DNA of 64,000 bases from Planctomycetota bacterium (lineage in GTDB: Bacteria > Planctomycetota > Phycisphaerae > Phycisphaerales > UBA1924), in NCBI GenBank assembly GCA_038525225.1, contig JBCBHW010000002.1, positions 488,007 to 552,006 on the forward strand, read 5' to 3'. Shown here piece after piece: positions 21,813 to 32,912 of the stretch; position 1 is the stretch's first letter, and the number at the start of each line of letters is the position of its first letter. Made by a program: the position numbers and the translations under genes. A model generated the notes under the pieces. That model saw only the letters and a list, made by a program, of their open reading frames with translations, was not told where the DNA came from and did not search any database.

Positions 21813-22172
21813 ATGGACCGCATCGATACCTCACTGCTGTCATCGCTCACGATGAAGCCCGCGGGCAGGGCCGGGAACACGGTCGGGCCTCGGCTGGTCG
21901 ATCCGTCGCCCCGGCTGCGGATGGTGGATCGCCGTGACACGGTCGAACTCGGCGCACGGAACAAGGTTCAGAACGTTGCTGCCAATCCGCTGGTGGCGGG
22001 TACCGTGGGCACGGCCGCCGTCGCAGCACCGGTCGCGCCGGCGACGCCCGCTGCGAAGTCCGTCGCCGCCAACGCCGCGATGCGGATGTACGCCTCGCCG
22101 GCTGACCAGAACGCAGCGGCCACTCGGATGGCTTCCAACGCGACCGGCTCGACGCTGGACGTGACCGCGTGA
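21813..22172 (+). CDS. hypothetical Ala-rich protein
   Basis: 119-aa ORF with GGAGG 11 nt upstream. Its stop overlaps the next gene's GTG start (GTGA). Confidence 0.4.
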   Translation: MDRIDTSLLSSLTMKPAGRAGNTVGPRLVDPSPRLRMVDRRDTVELGARNKVQNVAANPLVAGTVGTAAVAAPVAPATPAAKSVAANAAMRMYASPADQNAAATRMASNATGSTLDVTA

Positions 22173-23437
22173 GTCGGGCTCGCCCCGACCCGAGCCCGCT
22201 TGCGCATCACTTCGGGCTCGATCCAGACATCGTCTTTCTCAATCACGGCTCGTTCGGCTCGTGCCCCGCGTCGGTGATCGCGGCTCAGCAGCGGCACCGC
22301 GATCTGATGGAGCGCGAGCCGGTGTCGTTCTTTATGAAGACTGCTTTCGAGCTGATGGACCACTCACGGGCAGCGGTGGCGGGGCTCATCGGTGGCAACG
22401 CCGAGGACTACGTGTTCGTCAGCAACGCGACGGTTGCGGTGAACACGATCTTCGAGAACGCGGCGACCGGGCTCGGGCTTGCCGAGGATCGGCCGCTTGG
22501 ACCGGGCGATGAGATCCTGGTCAATAGTCTGGAGTACCCGGCGTGCATGGCGAACGCACGTCGGCTGGCCGAGCGTACGGGCGCATCGCTGCGCATCGTC
22601 GACATTGCTCGGCTCGACGGCGCGATGACGCCCGCATGCTTCACTGCGTTGCTGATGGCGGGCGTGACTGATCGCACACGGTTGTGCCTCTTGAGCCACG
22701 TCATCAGCCCGACCGGCTGGGTGCTGCCAGCGGCCGAGGTCATCCGCGAGCTGGAAGCACGCGGGGTGACCACGGTCCTCGACGGCGCGCACGGGCCGGG
22801 GTGCATCCCAATCGATCTCGACTCGATCAAACCCGCGTTCTACACGGCCAACGCACACAAGTGGCTCTGTGCGCCGAAGGGGGCGGCGATCCTGTACGTC
22901 AGGCCTGATCTGCAACAACGGTTCCGCCCGCAGACGCTGAGCGTGTACGACGAAGCGCCGGCGGGCTTTCTCGATCGCTCGCGGTACAACCGCGACTTTG
23001 ATTATGTGGGTACCGATGACGTGAGTGCCAGGCTCGCCGTCGCCGATGCGATCGAGTTCGTGCCCGAGATCGCAGGCGTTTCTTGGGCCGACATTGTCAA
23101 ACGAAACAATGCGCTGGCAATGGAAGCCGCCGATCTGCTCAGGGATCGGCTGGGCACCGATCCGTGCCAGACCGACGACATGGTCGGGCCCATGGCAATG
23201 ATCGAGCTTCCGACGATGCCCGAGACACACCGCGAGCGGCTTGAAGCTCGGCCCAAGGTGTACCTCGATGCGTTGCAGGATGCGCTCTTTGAGCGGCACG
23301 GCATCCAGGTGCCCGTGTACTCAATCGGCGAGGGTCGGCGGTACGTGCGCATCAGCGTGCAGGTGTACAACACGATCGGGCAGTACGATTACCTGGGGAG
23401 CGCGCTGCTCGAAGAGCTCGATCGAGAAGTGCGATAG
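22169..23437 (+). CDS. class V (fold type I) PLP-dependent aminotransferase/desulfurase-like enzyme (isopenicillin N epimerase-like)
   Basis: LNHGSFGSCP N-terminal signature and AHKWLCAPKG lysine region. 422 aa. GTG start. Confidence 0.8.
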   Translation: MSRARPDPSPLAHHFGLDPDIVFLNHGSFGSCPASVIAAQQRHRDLMEREPVSFFMKTAFELMDHSRAAVAGLIGGNAEDYVFVSNATVAVNTIFENAATGLGLAEDRPLGPGDEILVNSLEYPACMANARRLAERTGASLRIVDIARLDGAMTPACFTALLMAGVTDRTRLCLLSHVISPTGWVLPAAEVIRELEARGVTTVLDGAHGPGCIPIDLDSIKPAFYTANAHKWLCAPKGAAILYVRPDLQQRFRPQTLSVYDEAPAGFLDRSRYNRDFDYVGTDDVSARLAVADAIEFVPEIAGVSWADIVKRNNALAMEAADLLRDRLGTDPCQTDDMVGPMAMIELPTMPETHRERLEARPKVYLDALQDALFERHGIQVPVYSIGEGRRYVRISVQVYNTIGQYDYLGSALLEELDREVR

Positions 23438-23444
23438 ACGAGCG

Positions 23445-23497
23445 CGAAGCGCAAGCGAGGGTTGCTCTCATTCTTCATATCCCTCGCTTGCGCTTCG
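23445..23497. repeat. inverted repeat/hairpin element, copy 2 (probable bidirectional terminator)
   Basis: Perfect 17-bp arms, cgaagcgcaagcgaggg and ccctcgcttgcgcttcg, around a 19-nt AT-rich loop. It starts 8 nt after the aminotransferase stop, between convergent genes. Confidence 0.55.
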
Positions 23498-23511
23498 GGC
23501 TCGCCAAGGCT

Positions 23512-25065
23512 CTACAGCCGGTAACTGGGCTTCAGCTTCGCTTCGAGGTACTCAACGAGAGGGTCGGCGGATAGGTCCTCGCCCGTCGCCCGCTTGGTGA
23601 GCTCGTGCGCGCTGTAGCGTCGGCCGTGCTGGTGGATGTTGTCACGCAGCCATGCAAGCAGCGGTGCGAACTGGCCCTGCGCGATCTGGTCGTCGATGTC
23701 GGTGATATCCCGGCGGATCGCCTGCCAGAGCTGAGCCATGTGCAGGTTGCCGAGGGTGTAGGTCGGGAAGTAGCCGATCAGGCCGAAGCTCCAGTGGACG
23801 TCTTGCAGGCAGCCCTCGCGGTCGTTGGGCACGTCGACGCCGAGGAATTCTTTGCATCGATCGTTCCATGCGGCGGGCAGGTCGCTCGTTGACAGGTCAC
23901 CCGAGATCATCGCGCGCTCGAGCTCGAAGCGAATCATGACGTGCAGGTTGTACGTGCCCTCGTCGGCCTCGACGCGGATGAGGCTGGGGGTGGCGGTGTT
24001 GACCGCGGCCGCGAGCGACGTGGGGGTCTGATCGTTGAACGCGTCGCCCATCAGCCGCTGCGCGTACGGGAGCGCGAAGTGCCAGAACGCCTCGCTCCGG
24101 CCGACGGCGTTTTCCCAGAGCCGGCTCTGGCTCTCGTGCATGCCGAGGCTGACGGCTTCGCCGCAGGGCAGGCCGAACTGGTCGGGCAGCGTGCCGCGCC
24201 CGTGCCGCTCGCCGAGGGGGAGGCCTTGTTCGTAGAGCCCGTGGCCCATCTCGTGCATGGTGCCGTAAAGGGCGTCGGTCCACGAGTCCTCGCGGTAGCG
24301 GGTGGTCATGCGGGTGTCGCCGGGCGCGACGCCCTCGCAGAAGGGGTGGACGGTGACGTCCAGTCGGCCGCGATCGAAGCTGAAGCCGCAGGCGTCGGCG
24401 ATGAATCGGCCGAAGGCTTCTTGCTTGGCCGCGGGGATGTTCGCGCTCAGGAGGTCGGTCTTGGGCGGCGTGCCGTTGTCGGCGATGTCCTTGATCATGG
24501 CGCTCAGCCGCTCGCGGAGCGGTGTAAACACGGCCTCGATGTCGGCGGCCTTCGCGTCGGGCTCGTACTCGTCGAGCAACGCGTCGTAGAGCTCCCCATC
24601 ACCCGCCCCACCTGTAGTCAGGCATCTCGCCATCTCCCGGGTCAAGCCGAGCACGGTGTCGAGGTGCGGCTGGAAGGTTGCAAAGTCGTTGTTCTCCCGT
24701 GCGCCCTTCCACGCGTGCTGCGCGGCGCTGCGGGCTTCGGCCAGGCGAGAGACCAGATCCGCCGGGATCTTCGTGCGGCGGTCGTAGTCGCGGCGGGCCT
24801 CGCGGACGTTGGCCGATGCATCGGTATCGATCGACGTGTCGACCTCGGCCTCGCATGCCGAGATCAGGTCGCCGAGCTTGGCATCGCTGACGCGTTCGTG
24901 GTGCAGTCTTGCAATCAGCGCGGCCTGCTCGCCCCGCGCGCTCGCGCCGCCGCCGGGCATGTAGGTTTCCTGATCCCAACCGAGCACGTTGCCCACGGCG
25001 TGCAGATTGGCGCACTCGCGGAGGTAGGCGGAGAGCTGCTCGTAGCTGCTGGCGGCGATGGTCAT
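23512..25065 (-). CDS. M32 family carboxypeptidase (Taq-like)
   Basis: C-terminal 517 aa of ORF 23512..25842 starting MTIAASSYEQL. HEMGHGLYEQG zinc motif. ATGA overlap with the upstream gene. Confidence 0.85.
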   Translation of the reverse strand: MTIAASSYEQLSAYLRECANLHAVGNVLGWDQETYMPGGGASARGEQAALIARLHHERVSDAKLGDLISACEAEVDTSIDTDASANVREARRDYDRRTKIPADLVSRLAEARSAAQHAWKGARENNDFATFQPHLDTVLGLTREMARCLTTGGAGDGELYDALLDEYEPDAKAADIEAVFTPLRERLSAMIKDIADNGTPPKTDLLSANIPAAKQEAFGRFIADACGFSFDRGRLDVTVHPFCEGVAPGDTRMTTRYREDSWTDALYGTMHEMGHGLYEQGLPLGERHGRGTLPDQFGLPCGEAVSLGMHESQSRLWENAVGRSEAFWHFALPYAQRLMGDAFNDQTPTSLAAAVNTATPSLIRVEADEGTYNLHVMIRFELERAMISGDLSTSDLPAAWNDRCKEFLGVDVPNDREGCLQDVHWSFGLIGYFPTYTLGNLHMAQLWQAIRRDITDIDDQIAQGQFAPLLAWLRDNIHQHGRRYSAHELTKRATGEDLSADPLVEYLEAKLKPSYRL

Positions 25066-26261
25066 TCTGGGGTCTCCGAGTTGGCGAGGGTCTGACGGGC
25101 GTTCTGTGCCGCGATGAGCGCGTAGCTCGTGATGAGCACCGGATTGTCTTCCATCCAGCGATCGTCGACCGAGCGGACGCTGCCGTCGGGCTGCTGGAGC
25201 TCGAGCAATTTGTCGGCGAGGTCGGTGGTCCAGTCGGCGTTGCCGGCGTCGGTCGGCAGGATGAGCAGGCCCCGCGCGCCGAGGGCTCGGCCGAAGACGA
25301 GCAGGTAGTAGTAGTACCCGTCGGTGCCGATGCCCGGGTTCTCGTCGAGGGTGTAGTTGGCGGCCATCCACCGCATCGCCGCGGCGACGCGCGGGTCGTC
25401 TTCGGTCAGCTGGGCGTAGGCGTAGCTCTTGAAGCCGGCGTAGGTCATGCTGCCGTACGCGCGGAAGCGGCTCGCGGTGGTGCCGTCGCTGAGGGTCTCT
25501 CGGATTTCGCCTGCTTTGGACTCGCCGATGCCGAGGTCGGCCTCGTTGCCCGTCGGGCTGGTCGAGTAGATGAACCCGCCTTGTGTTGAACCCTCGCCGT
25601 ATGGCATGTCGTTTACGCTGCCGAGCATCTGCGTGCGCTCGAGGAAGATCAGTGCGCGCTGCACAGCGGGGTCGTCGCCGGGCACGCCGGCGTCCTTGAG
25701 TGCTTGGAGCCAGAGCGTGAGGTTGGAGTTGTCGGGCCGGCCGCTTCGGCCGTAGCCCACGCCGCCGAAGAACGGGTGCGAGCGATCGACGGCGTCGACC
25801 TCGTCTTGCAGGGCCGCGGGCACGTTGGCGGTGCTCCCCCACTGCAGCTCGCGCAGGAAGCTCACGGCGGGCTCGATCGCGACGTCGGCCTCGGGCAGCT
25901 CGTCTCTGGCGAGCGCGAGGGCGGAGACGCAGATGGCGGTGTTGTAGCTGGCGAGGATTCGGTCGTAGATGCCGCCATCGGGCTGGCGGTAGCCGAGCAT
26001 GAACTCGATGCCTTCGAGCACGTCGGGGTCGGTGGAGTCGACGGCCGGGTCCATGAGGATGCCGGTGATCGCGATGCCCGTGATGGCGGGGAAGACGGGG
26101 CCTTGCGGTGGAACCGCCCAGCCGCCGGTGTCGCCCTGCTGCGAGCGCAGGAACTCGATCGCGCGGCTGGTGAACTGTTCGAGCTTCTCGTCGGTCGTTT
26201 GCGCTTGTGTTGCGCTCGCGAGCGTTGCGATCAGCAATGGCACGATCAGTCGCGCGATCAT
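25062..26261 (-). CDS. secreted prenyltransferase/squalene-oxidase-repeat (alpha/alpha-toroid) protein
   Basis: Signal peptide MIARLIVPLLIATLASATQAQ. Repeated QxxDGGW-like motifs (QQGDTGGW, QPDGGIY, QQPDGS). Confidence 0.7.
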   Translation of the reverse strand: MIARLIVPLLIATLASATQAQTTDEKLEQFTSRAIEFLRSQQGDTGGWAVPPQGPVFPAITGIAITGILMDPAVDSTDPDVLEGIEFMLGYRQPDGGIYDRILASYNTAICVSALALARDELPEADVAIEPAVSFLRELQWGSTANVPAALQDEVDAVDRSHPFFGGVGYGRSGRPDNSNLTLWLQALKDAGVPGDDPAVQRALIFLERTQMLGSVNDMPYGEGSTQGGFIYSTSPTGNEADLGIGESKAGEIRETLSDGTTASRFRAYGSMTYAGFKSYAYAQLTEDDPRVAAAMRWMAANYTLDENPGIGTDGYYYYLLVFGRALGARGLLILPTDAGNADWTTDLADKLLELQQPDGSVRSVDDRWMEDNPVLITSYALIAAQNARQTLANSETPE

Positions 26262-26992
26262 GGGTTCCCTTTCACTCGGAGCTGGTCCTCAGCGGACAGA
26301 ACGATACCCGCCGCGACCACGGCGGCCGTCTCGATCCGCATCACGTGCCTGCCGAAACCGGCGATTGTCACGCCGGCCGCACGGGCCTGGTTGAGTTCGG
26401 CGTCGGTCCAGCCGCCCTCGGGGCCGACGAGCAGGGTGACGTCATCTGCGCCTGTCGGTTGGTAGGGCTCGCCGGAGGCGTCTGCGATGACAGCTCCCCG
26501 GGCGATCGCGGCGGGGAATGTAAGCCCGTTCAAGATTTCCATCGCCCAGGTCCGGCCGGACTGCTTGGCAGCCTCCAGTGCGACCCTGGTCATCCGATCG
26601 AGTTTGCCGGCGCGGGGGTCGACGACCGACCGCGCGCAGGCCAGCGGGGACCAGGCCGCAACGCCGACCTGGCTGAGCTGATCGATCATGGACTCGATCC
26701 GCGGCCCCTTGGGGACGGCGGTGTTCACCACGACTCTGGGTGTCGGTTGCGGGTAGCGGGTTACCGTGTTGATCCGGGCGTGGAGCGCCCAGCCGGCTTT
26801 CTTGCCGAGCTTGACGATCTGGGCGACCTCGGCCTGGGCGACCGCGCCGGCTCCGTCGAGCAGCTCAAGGGGCTGGCCAGGCTCGACGCGCTTGACCCGG
26901 GCGGCGTGGTGCGCCTCGTCGCCGAGGATTTCCATGATGATGCCGGCAAAGGTGTCGTCCGCGAGCGGGCGTGAGAGCATGATGCGGTGCAT
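26258..26992 (-). CDS. rsmE: 16S rRNA (uracil1498-N3)-methyltransferase
   Basis: C-terminal 244 aa of ORF 26258..27253 starting MHRIML. RsmE motifs GDEAHH and LLVGPEGGWT. ATGA overlap with the upstream gene. Confidence 0.8.
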   Translation of the reverse strand: MHRIMLSRPLADDTFAGIIMEILGDEAHHAARVKRVEPGQPLELLDGAGAVAQAEVAQIVKLGKKAGWALHARINTVTRYPQPTPRVVVNTAVPKGPRIESMIDQLSQVGVAAWSPLACARSVVDPRAGKLDRMTRVALEAAKQSGRTWAMEILNGLTFPAAIARGAVIADASGEPYQPTGADDVTLLVGPEGGWTDAELNQARAAGVTIAGFGRHVMRIETAAVVAAGIVLSAEDQLRVKGNP

Positions 26993-27113
26993 AATCAGAC
27001 CCCGGAACGGGTGCCCCGCGATCGGGGTGGCGGTTGGCGTTGCAGGATCGCGGGAAAGCCCTTGAGTGCGCGGCCGGGGTGCCCGATCATGGAGGCGGAG
27101 AAGTCTCGAAACG

Positions 27114-28541
27114 ATGTCCGATTCGCAGGATAGCCTGGTCGACGAGCAGCTCGACGCACGCGTCGATGCGCTCATCCAGGAGATCGATACGGTCTCCACG
27201 AACATCGCCCGCGCGATCGGCGACGACAGCGTGGACCCCGAGCTCGAGGACATTCTGTCGGAGCCTGACGATTCGGAACCCGATGACGCGAGCGAGCCTG
27301 AGAGCGGGCCCGCCGATGTTGACCCTCAAGACGAGGCCGACGACGACCCGGCTGACGCGCGAGTCGATGAAGACGATTCGGACGCGAGCGCTGAGGCTGC
27401 GGCAGCACTGGGTGACGCGGACAACGTCGCGGTCGAAGACGTAGACCAAGATCTCGAGAACGCGTTGCCAGCGGAGACTCCGCTCGACGTGGGCGATGCT
27501 GACGCCGAGGGCGACGCGCTGGACGAGGCCGGCGAGACACGCGGCATGGATGATGATGCCGCACCTGCGATCGATGACCAGATCAGCGCGATGCTGGGCA
27601 CGGCCGCGGAGGAGATCAGCCCGTCCGAGGAGCCGGCGGATGCGGGCATCGAGCCGTTGGTCGGCGATGAGGCAGAAGCGATCCTCCGCGAGTCGGTTGC
27701 GGCCGCGGGTGCCGATGATGATGCGGCCGGGGCCGAGCCGGCCTCCGACACCGAGGCTCATGTTCGGGACGAGCCGCGGTCAGAGCCCGAGACTGAGACT
27801 GAATCTGAGACTGAGATACCGACCGAGACCGAAGCCGAGGCCGAGGCCGAGGCCGAAGAGCCTGTCTACGCGACTTCGGTGGAAGACCTCGACGCCGAGC
27901 TCGCGGGGCTCGCCGACGAATTGCTCGAAGGCGACTTCGACGACGTTGACGATGTGCTGGAGGCCGGCAACCCGGACGACGCCGCAGAGATCTCGGAGCC
28001 TCTGAAGGCCGCCGCTGAGTCGAACGCCGACGAAGAGGGCGGCGCAGTCGGCAACGCGGACGCGTTGTCAGACGACAGCGTCGTCTCCGTCGCGGGAAGC
28101 GGCACACCCGACGCAGAAGAAGCGCGACGCGCAGAGACGGCCTCGGCTGCTGTTCAGGCTGAGCCCGGCCGGTCGGCCGAGCCCGGCGTCGAACAGCGAC
28201 CAAGCGACGAGGATTCCGCCGATACCGTGCGATCGCGCGACGCGACGACCACGCTGCCTGCAGCGGCGGAGACGGCTCGAACGAGCCCGCTGCGGCGTGC
28301 GAAGGCGTTTGTCTACGAGACCGCCGTCAGAACGAACAAGCCTCTGGACGGGAAGCCGACGTATGCGAGGGACATCGTGGGGTGGTTTGCCGCGGTGACG
28401 CTGTTCAACGCGATTGCGGTGTGGGCGTTCTGGGTGTTGGGCCGCGAGCCCGACCCGGTGCCGACGTCAACGGATGCCGTGTCGATCGAGGTTCCGGCCG
28501 AAGCAGCGACCGCAGACGCAGCCGTCAGCGATCTTGAGTGA
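27114..28541 (+). CDS. highly acidic, low-complexity protein with a single C-terminal TM helix (tail-anchored), hypothetical
   Basis: ORF 27066..28541, trimmed to MSDSQDS. Roughly 30% Asp/Glu with ETETESETE and EAEAEAEAEE runs. C-terminal IVGWFAAVTLFNAIAVWAFWVLG. Confidence 0.55.
   Translation: MSDSQDSLVDEQLDARVDALIQEIDTVSTNIARAIGDDSVDPELEDILSEPDDSEPDDASEPESGPADVDPQDEADDDPADARVDEDDSDASAEAAAALGDADNVAVEDVDQDLENALPAETPLDVGDADAEGDALDEAGETRGMDDDAAPAIDDQISAMLGTAAEEISPSEEPADAGIEPLVGDEAEAILRESVAAAGADDDAAGAEPASDTEAHVRDEPRSEPETETESETEIPTETEAEAEAEAEEPVYATSVEDLDAELAGLADELLEGDFDDVDDVLEAGNPDDAAEISEPLKAAAESNADEEGGAVGNADALSDDSVVSVAGSGTPDAEEARRAETASAAVQAEPGRSAEPGVEQRPSDEDSADTVRSRDATTTLPAAAETARTSPLRRAKAFVYETAVRTNKPLDGKPTYARDIVGWFAAVTLFNAIAVWAFWVLGREPDPVPTSTDAVSIEVPAEAATADAAVSDLE
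27789..27860 (+). repeat. coding microsatellite-like tract (GAGACT/GAGGCC hexamer repeats) inside the acidic protein gene
   Basis: gagactgagactgaatctgagactgagata...gaagccgaggccgaggccgaggccgaagag. Confidence 0.5.
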
Positions 28542-29652
28542 TCGAGTCTCGCCAATCGGCATCCAGTTCGGAGAACGGCACGCCGAACACCTCGGCCGTC
28601 GCGTCTTCGAGCGTTAAGCCCTCCATCATGGCGCGGAGCCAGGCGTTGCGGGGCGTGCGCCCGAAGCGGTCTGATACGTACGCGACGAAGTGCAGGCCCT
28701 GCACATACACGTAGCCGTAGTCGGCTGGGTCGGTCTCGTAGAAGTTGGTGATGTCGTCCCAGTCGGCGAGCTGGTCGTTCTCGTGCCAGGCCGAAACGGC
28801 TCGCTGAGCGCGTCTGTACGCACGGCTGTACTTGTTTGCGCCGAGCTCGGCCGCGCCTTCCAAGACCCACCACGGCATGCTGTGTGCACGCTCGATAGCG
28901 ACCGGGATATCGGGCCCGCCCATGGCAAACGTGAGCGCGTGGCCGTACTCGTGCGCGAGAACGGTCTTAAGCCCCTGGCGGTCGCCGGCGCGGGTGATCA
29001 GCTTGATCGACTCGCCGGGCTCGTTCCATCCGCCGAGCGGCTCGACGTACGACGCGTAGATCGAGAACTGAAGCTCCTGCATCGACGGGTAAAGCTTGAC
29101 GACCTGCGGGTGATCGAGCTCAAACTCGAAGCCGGCCTCGACGTGATCCTTGATGTCAGGCCAGACGGCGACGGTGTCTCGCGCGGCACCCGAATTGCCC
29201 TCGACGTACATGACGCGAAGGCCCTCGGCGTCGATCTCTTCCCACGCTCTGCCGCCGAAGTCCCACGCGTTGCTCTCGTTGTCCCACACGAACCGAGCGG
29301 GGATCTGGATGCCGCGGTTCTGGCCCTCGCGGTTGGGCGTGTTCCAGAGAATGATAAGATCGACGTGAACCTCGCCATCGGCGGTCAGTTCGGGCTCGGA
29401 GATCATGTCGTACGCGATGACAAAGGGCGTGATTCGCGAGAGGTCATTCGCCCACGCGATCTGCTCGACGCGGAACTCGGGCTCGTCGACGGCGATGTGC
29501 TCCGGATAGGCATCGGCGTCAGCGGCGAGCACGGCGGCGGTCATCGAGTCGAGCGTGCTCTGGAGCTGGTCGCGCAGATCGGACGCCGTCTGCGCGGCGG
29601 CGCTTGCGGCAACAGCGAGGAACGCAATAGCGGTGGCGGCAAGTTTGTGCAT
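28525..29652 (-). CDS. secreted putative zinc metallopeptidase (HExxH)
   Basis: Signal peptide MHKLAATAIAFLAVAASAAAQ. Motif VLAHEYGHALTF. Only 1 nt downstream of asnS. Confidence 0.6.
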   Translation of the reverse strand: MHKLAATAIAFLAVAASAAAQTASDLRDQLQSTLDSMTAAVLAADADAYPEHIAVDEPEFRVEQIAWANDLSRITPFVIAYDMISEPELTADGEVHVDLIILWNTPNREGQNRGIQIPARFVWDNESNAWDFGGRAWEEIDAEGLRVMYVEGNSGAARDTVAVWPDIKDHVEAGFEFELDHPQVVKLYPSMQELQFSIYASYVEPLGGWNEPGESIKLITRAGDRQGLKTVLAHEYGHALTFAMGGPDIPVAIERAHSMPWWVLEGAAELGANKYSRAYRRAQRAVSAWHENDQLADWDDITNFYETDPADYGYVYVQGLHFVAYVSDRFGRTPRNAWLRAMMEGLTLEDATAEVFGVPFSELDADWRDSITQDR

Positions 29653-29653
29653 C

Positions 29654-31060
<1,407 letters not shown>

Positions 31061-31186
31061 CGGGGGCCTCCTGCGGCGAGCAGCCGCTTCGAATGGGGAG
31101 AATCGTAGCGCGGCCCGGCGGGTATCCTGAAACCGAACGCTGCGGTTCCGGAACAAGTCTGGTAGGCAAAGAGCGGGGAGAAACAT

Positions 31187-32815
31187 ATGGGTCTTACGTC
31201 CATCGTCATCGGCTTGGTGCTCGCGGTCATGGTGCTGTCGCTGATCGCCAAGGTCACGAACCAGGGTCTGCGCGCGGCGATCGCGGTCGCGGCGCTGCTC
31301 ATCATCGTCATCAGCGTGATCTTCTCGAGCATCCGCTACGTGTCGCCCAGCGAGGTCGGCATCGTCAAGAAGAACGCGTTCGGCAGCAAGCTGACCGGGG
31401 GCCGGATCGTCGCGACGGGCGGCGAGATGGGCATCCAGGCGGACGTGCTTAGCCCGGGCTGGCAGACGGGGTACTGGCCGATCATCTTTGATGTGTCGAC
31501 CGTGCCGCTGGTCGAGGTGCCGGCCGGGCAGGTGGGCCTCGTCGAAGCGCGCGACGGCGACCCGCTCGATCCCGGTCAGCTTTACGCGCCCGAGGTCGAC
31601 ACGGCCGAGTTCAAGAAGATGGTCGAGGATGCGAGCTATTTCCTTGCCAATGGCGGTAGAAAGGGCCCGCAGTCGAACGTGCTCACGCCTGGTAAGTACC
31701 GGGTGAACACCGAGCTGTTCAAGGTCGAGATGGTGGAAGCGACGGACGTTGCGAACGCGACCGTCGCGGTGCTGAAGGCCAACTTCGGCGCTCCGCCCAC
31801 CGTCACCAGTGGCGAATCGGGGACGGACCCTGTTACGCTCGCCGCGCAGGGGGAGAAGGGCGTGCGAGCCGTGCCTCTGCCGCCCGGCACATACCCGATC
31901 AACCCGAACGCGTTCGAAGTGACCAACGTTTCGACGCGTGAGACGATCCTGCGGTTTACGGCGGGCCAGGGCGTGCTGAACCAGACGCGGGGGCTGACGA
32001 GCAACACGGCCGTCGAGGAGCGAGAGATCACCGTGCGGACGAGCGACGGCTTCACGTTCCCGGTCGATGTCCGCGTCGAGTACAAGATCGAGCCCGACAA
32101 CGCGCCGGTGGTGGTCGCCAAGCTCGGCTCGGATGGCCAGCCGCTGCTGAGCAAGATGAATTCGGCCGTTCGGGCGATCTTCCGGAACAACGCGGAGAAC
32201 GTGAAAGCGCTCGACTACGTCAACCAGCGTTCGCAGCAGGAGAGCCAGTCGCTCGTGATGCTTCAGCAGGCGATGAGCGATCTGGGCGTGACGATCCTCG
32301 CGGTCCGCATCGGCGATGTCGGCAACGAGGACACGCTGGGCGAGCTGCTGACCACGCAGCGCGACCGCGAGATCGCGGTGCAGGAGCAGATCACGTTCCA
32401 GGAGCAGCAGCGGGCGGCCGAGCAGAAGAAGGCTCTGACCCGCACGCAGCAGGAGGCCGAGGAAGAGAAGCGGCTGGCGACGGCGCAGTACGAAGTCCAG
32501 ATCGCCGAGCAGGACAAGCAGAAGCAGATCATCGCGGCCGAGGCCGAGGCCGAGGCGATCCAGATCCGCGCCGAGGCGCAGGCGTCGGCCTACGAGCGGA
32601 TCGCGCTGCAGATCGGTGCGGGAAACGCAGCGCTGATCGAGGTCCTCAAGATCGTGGGCGAGCAGGCGATCGAGATCACGCCGCGGGTGATGGTATCAAA
32701 CACCGGCGGCGGCGAGTCGCCGGGTGATGCCGAGACGACAGCGCTCATCGGCACGATGCTGGACACCATGGTGAGCCGCGATGTGCCGCAGCGGTCGACG
32801 GCTTCGGCGGAGTAA
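31187..32815 (+). CDS. SPFH/band-7 (flotillin-like) membrane protein
   Basis: N-terminal TM helices, an SPFH core, then a long coiled-coil rich in EA/Q repeats. GGGGAG lies 6 nt upstream. Confidence 0.8.
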   Translation: MGLTSIVIGLVLAVMVLSLIAKVTNQGLRAAIAVAALLIIVISVIFSSIRYVSPSEVGIVKKNAFGSKLTGGRIVATGGEMGIQADVLSPGWQTGYWPIIFDVSTVPLVEVPAGQVGLVEARDGDPLDPGQLYAPEVDTAEFKKMVEDASYFLANGGRKGPQSNVLTPGKYRVNTELFKVEMVEATDVANATVAVLKANFGAPPTVTSGESGTDPVTLAAQGEKGVRAVPLPPGTYPINPNAFEVTNVSTRETILRFTAGQGVLNQTRGLTSNTAVEEREITVRTSDGFTFPVDVRVEYKIEPDNAPVVVAKLGSDGQPLLSKMNSAVRAIFRNNAENVKALDYVNQRSQQESQSLVMLQQAMSDLGVTILAVRIGDVGNEDTLGELLTTQRDREIAVQEQITFQEQQRAAEQKKALTRTQQEAEEEKRLATAQYEVQIAEQDKQKQIIAAEAEAEAIQIRAEAQASAYERIALQIGAGNAALIEVLKIVGEQAIEITPRVMVSNTGGGESPGDAETTALIGTMLDTMVSRDVPQRSTASAE

Positions 32816-32853
32816 CCCGCAGGGAACATTGACGAAAGATGACCTACGAAACA

Positions 32854-32880
32854 GCGACCCCAATCGGGGTCGCTTTCGTT
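32854..32880. terminator. bidirectional intrinsic terminator
   Basis: gcgacccc-aatc-ggggtcgc (8-bp GC stem) followed by tttcgtt. It sits between convergent genes ending at 32815 (+) and 32913 (-). Confidence 0.6.
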
Positions 32881-32912
32881 GCGTTTGACATTGAAGTGAA
32901 CGACTCGCGAAT

